From: Bdellovibrionota bacterium
GTDB lineage: Bacteria; Bdellovibrionota_C; UBA2361; JAAYZI01
Assembly: GCA_050950765.1 (NCBI GenBank)
Contig: JBMNIF010000001.1
Location: 256,001-320,000, forward strand
DNA length: 64,000 bases
Reading direction: 5' to 3'
The stretch's first letter is position 1; every line of letters begins with the position of its first letter. This document shows, piece by piece, positions 62,587 to 64,000 of the stretch. The position numbers and the translations under genes were made by a program. The notes beneath the pieces were generated by a model. The model ran no database searches and was not told the origin of the DNA. It saw only the letters and a list, made by a program, of their open reading frames with translations.

Positions 62587-63063
62587 ATGGAAACATCTGT
62601 TATGCTGGGGCAGTTGGGGTATGCACTTCCTTTACTGTTAGGCGCAATGGGAAGCGCTCTCGGTGTTTTATACGCCGGACGTGCTGCTATGGGGGAATGG
62701 GCAAAGGAGGGTAAGTCTGGAAAGGTACAACGTTTCACATACCTTATTTTTACAGGGATGCCACTTTCTCAGACTTTATACGGCTTTGTCTTTATGTATG
62801 TTAGTTTAAGAGGTCATTTAGCCGGTTCTGATATGGCATTAGCTACAAGTCACGGCGGAGTTCTTTTTGGATTAGGGCTGGGGTGTGGGCTTATCCAGTT
62901 TATTAGTGCGCTTGTGCAAGGCATACTTGGTGCTGGCGGCTGTCGTGTGGTGGGAGATAGTAATGGTAAGGGGCTTGGTTCAATTATTTCTGCTATGGGT
63001 ATTGCAGAATCAATAGGTTTACTCGGTTTAGTGTTCTGTATGCTTTTAATGCCAAAAATCTAA
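62587..63063 (+). CDS. atpK: V-type ATPase proteolipid subunit K (4 TM)
   Basis: GSALG...AG, PLSQTLYG, SALVQG, GIAES. Confidence 0.93.
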   Translation: METSVMLGQLGYALPLLLGAMGSALGVLYAGRAAMGEWAKEGKSGKVQRFTYLIFTGMPLSQTLYGFVFMYVSLRGHLAGSDMALATSHGGVLFGLGLGCGLIQFISALVQGILGAGGCRVVGDSNGKGLGSIISAMGIAESIGLLGLVFCMLLMPKI

Positions 63064-63088
63064 CGGCTACAAAGGTAGCTGTTTTAAT

Positions 63089-63150
63089 GGGCACGCTTTT
63101 CCTCCAAAGGTTGAAGGATCTTTAGGGGAGATGGCGTGCCGATTTTTTTA
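63089..63150 (+). terminator. probable intrinsic terminator of the V-ATPase operon
   Basis: GGCACGC..TTCCTC.AAAG / CTTT.GGGGAG..GCGTGCC stem followed by a T run. Confidence 0.6.
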
Positions 63151-63217
63151 TAAATGCCTTTTAAAGGGAGGGTAGCCTTCAATTAAAAGGTTGTTTTAAG
63201 CCTATCTTTCTATTTAA

Positions 63218-64000
63218 CCCAAACTTTCCCCTTTTTACGTATGTTAAGTAAGTAACAGTTCGGCTATTTTTAGCTCTGCTTTAGTTTGCTCGGCTAAATA
63301 CCAAGAGTCCCCAAGCCTAACTTTTTTAATTTCAGATAACCTTCTGATAGCATCTTCTAATGATATTGAAGTCGAAAGTTTATGTTTTTTTATTGTTTTT
63401 AATATTTCATAGCTCCACTGTATTGCTATGTGATTCACGAACATCCATCCCTGAAATTTATCATCATCACTCATATATGAAGCATCTGCTTTTAAAACAG
63501 TTTTTAACGTATCAAAAGATTGTTCAATAGATAGTCGCATTTTGTATAACGTGTATATTTCTTCTGCGGATGAGTCCAAATTTGAAAAGAATGCAACAGT
63601 TCCTAGCCTCACTTTTTTTAAATCAACATCTGTTAAATTGTATTTTTCTGGATGAGATATTGTTAATGAAACTAAGTTATTTTCCTCTTCACCTGCTAAA
63701 AACGGGTCTCTAAACAGATATATAAATCCATTCCCAATCTTATATTTTTTATATCTTAAGTACGTTTTATTATATTCAATAACGTTCCTGCTTGTTTCTA
63801 TTCCATCATAGTCTATAAGAGAGCTATTTCTACGCAATGGAATAACAAAGCTAAGTTTATTCTCTATAAGATCTTTAACGTTAGACTCTGAATAGAAACC
63901 CTTATCTGCAATAATAGTAGCATCACCAATTTCTGATTCTTGGATAGTTAAAGATAGAGCTTTTACATCTCTTATATTCCCAGCCAATAACCTATAATAG
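63218..64000 (-). mobile_element. second IS1634/IS4-like element, truncated by the window edge (transposase C-terminal part 63244 to >64000)
   Basis: GNIRDV, IADKGF, YKMRLSIEQSFDTLK (Y-R-E-K); low GC; the end at CCCAAACTTTC 63218 is tentative. Confidence 0.85.

Overview
Bacterial chromosomal window from a diderm, flagellated organism. Gene content (delta-like clpX and flgF-N order, secreted S1 protease, Chlamydia/spirochaete-order V-type ATPase) suggests a Bdellovibrionota/SAR324-like lineage, but taxonomy is inference only. Housekeeping content: clpX, plsY, lpxB, tRNA-Thr(TGT), nuoHJKLMN, flgFGAHIJMN, V-ATPase E-X-A-B-D-I-K, a class III aminotransferase, MarC and a Tat-exported phosphodiesterase-family protein. 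The accessory content is more unusual. (1) A four-member family of ~53-aa helical-repeat proteins shares 5' and 3' non-coding elements and shows mosaic recombination; three of four copies are off (homopolymer frameshift, G11 tract, clean IS1634 insertion). (2) One polypeptide fuses 2-oxoacid dehydrogenase E1alpha, E1beta, a lipoyl domain and FabH. (3) A 2886-aa protein carries several annexin-like repeats, hydrophobic segments and an internal 1191-bp duplication. (4) An alternate chaperone-usher pilus locus includes an AMIN-chaperone fusion. (5) A dispersed, modular REP/REPIN-like repeat family occurs at five or more loci. (6) The nuoM/nuoN junction is triplicated. All calls come from motif reading by eye; no searches or folding programs were run.
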